From the human T2T-CHM13v2.0 reference genome, Homo sapiens: 64,000 nucleotides of DNA. The stretch lies in the NCBI RefSeq assembly GCF_009914755.1, contig NC_060942.1. One strand, written 5' to 3'. Below, one piece after another: positions 62,295 to 64,000 of this stretch. Under the pieces are notes generated by a model. That model saw only the letters and a list, made by a program, of their open reading frames with translations. It was not told the origin of the DNA and searched no databases. Position 1 is the first letter of the stretch. Each line of letters starts with the position of its first letter. The translations under genes were made by a program, and so were the position numbers.

Positions 62295-62610
62295 ACAGGC
62301 CTACAGTCCCTCATCCAAAACTCTTGGAGCCAATCAGTTCTAGTCTCTAGTCTAATTTTGAAATATATTTCAGAATTCAATTTTTAAAAGGTAGCATATA
62401 CATAAACCATATGGGTTACAGCATAATGTGTGATTATTCATATTAAATGGAATAAACAAAGAGTATAGTCTCATCAGTTTGGGTCAGATTTTGTTACCAT
62501 GTAAATTAGAGTTAGGTCAAATGTTGCTACCAAAAAGGTTAAGAAAAAACTTTGAGACTCAGGAAAAACTTTTACAGTTTCAGAATTTCAGATGAATATT
62601 AACAACCTAT
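62295..62610. mobile_element. MER46C-like (TcMar-Tigger) element
   Basis: gtccctcatccaaaactcttggagcc...tcagtttgggtcagattttg...cagaatttcagatga. Name is from memory. Confidence 0.6.
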
Positions 62611-62819
62611 TTAATCCTTGAACCACTCATGGACATTTTAATTTATTTATTCCTAGCCCAGGAATCTCCACAAAGATCTGCTTCCTTTCAAATCATTTCT
62701 TCATATTGTTCTCCTAGACAAAATGCTAGGCTACACGGATTATGGAAGGAACCTATTAAGGTATTTCATGTCCAGCTGGGTTAAATACTCACTTGTGAGA
62801 AACAGAAAACTGAATTGTT

Positions 62820-63640
62820 TTGAAAATTTTTGCCTTATTTTAAAAGAACAAATTCATAGGGTATATTTTCTGAAAAGTGGGTTTCCTCACATCTCAGTCT
62901 CTCAACCAAGTACCCTTCTACCCTTCTTGGATATAGGTACTCCTAGTTTCCCGCATGTCCTTTCAGGGATAATTATGCATATACAGTCTTAGCTGTATAG
63001 ATGAATGCATGTACCTCATTCTTTTAAGTTGCCGCACAGTGTTCCATTATATGCACGTACCACAATGCAGTTAACCAGTCGACTAGAATGGATATTTGAG
63101 TTATTTTCACTCTTTTGTGATTGCAAACACTGCTGCAATGAATATTCCTATATATATCATTTATACATGTGTGAGGATATCTGTAGGATAAATTCCTAGA
63201 AATGGAATTGTGGGTCATAGATAAGTACATTTTAAATTTTGATAGATGTTACCAGTTTGTTTTAATAGAGGCCGTACAACTCATGTATCATCTACAATAT
63301 TTGAAAGTGTCTATTTTCTGACACCTTTTACAATGTAATCAAAAAGTTTGGTACTTTGCCAGTCTGAAAAGTGAAAATAGTATCTTGTAGTTACAATTGC
63401 AAAGAATAAACTTTTATGTTTCAGTCATTTATATTTTCTGCAAAGTATTCTATTTTTTTGTCCACTTTCCACTGTTATTAGTCTTTTTCTTTTTTATTTA
63501 TAGGTGCTTGTTACATATGAAGAAAGTAATCCTTTTTGTAATATGTCAAAATGTTTTTCCAAGCTTGTTTTTAGTCTTTTAACATAGGTTGTGTAGCATT
63601 TTTTCCAGGCAGAAAATTCTCCCATACAAATGATTTTTTT
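62820..63640 (-). mobile_element. L1ME 3' fragment
   Basis: tgtaggataaattcctagaaatggaattgtgggtcatag. Confidence 0.75.
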
Positions 63641-63703
63641 GGTCTTTCAACTGGTTATAGATTTATCTTTAATTATTTCACTCTGCATCTATTCCTATAA
63701 TAG

Positions 63704-64000
<297 letters not shown>

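Overview
Primate (almost certainly human) genomic DNA, AT-rich and CpG-poor, nearly all intronic. Two + strand GT-AG exons (29271-29452 and 42037-42145) splice in frame to give [98 protein letters not shown] recognise this from memory as the C-terminal part of Hinderin (KIAA1328, 18q12.2). The rest is transposon-derived: about 22 Alus, L1PA/L1M/L2/MIR fragments, solo LTRs, hAT/Tigger/mariner DNA elements and microsatellites. Most other ORFs in the track trace to repeats, and none is a convincing independent gene. I see no evidence of a new multi-gene system. The most unusual signals are a cluster of short non-TE local duplications and templated insertions (41-126 bp, one inverted, one ending in fold-back hairpins), a twin-primed L1 inside a Tigger3a, a MADE1 hairpin, and a 291-nt stop-free exon pair flanked by inverted Alus. 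Repeat subfamily names come from recalled consensus sequences, and the boundaries of old repeats are approximate.
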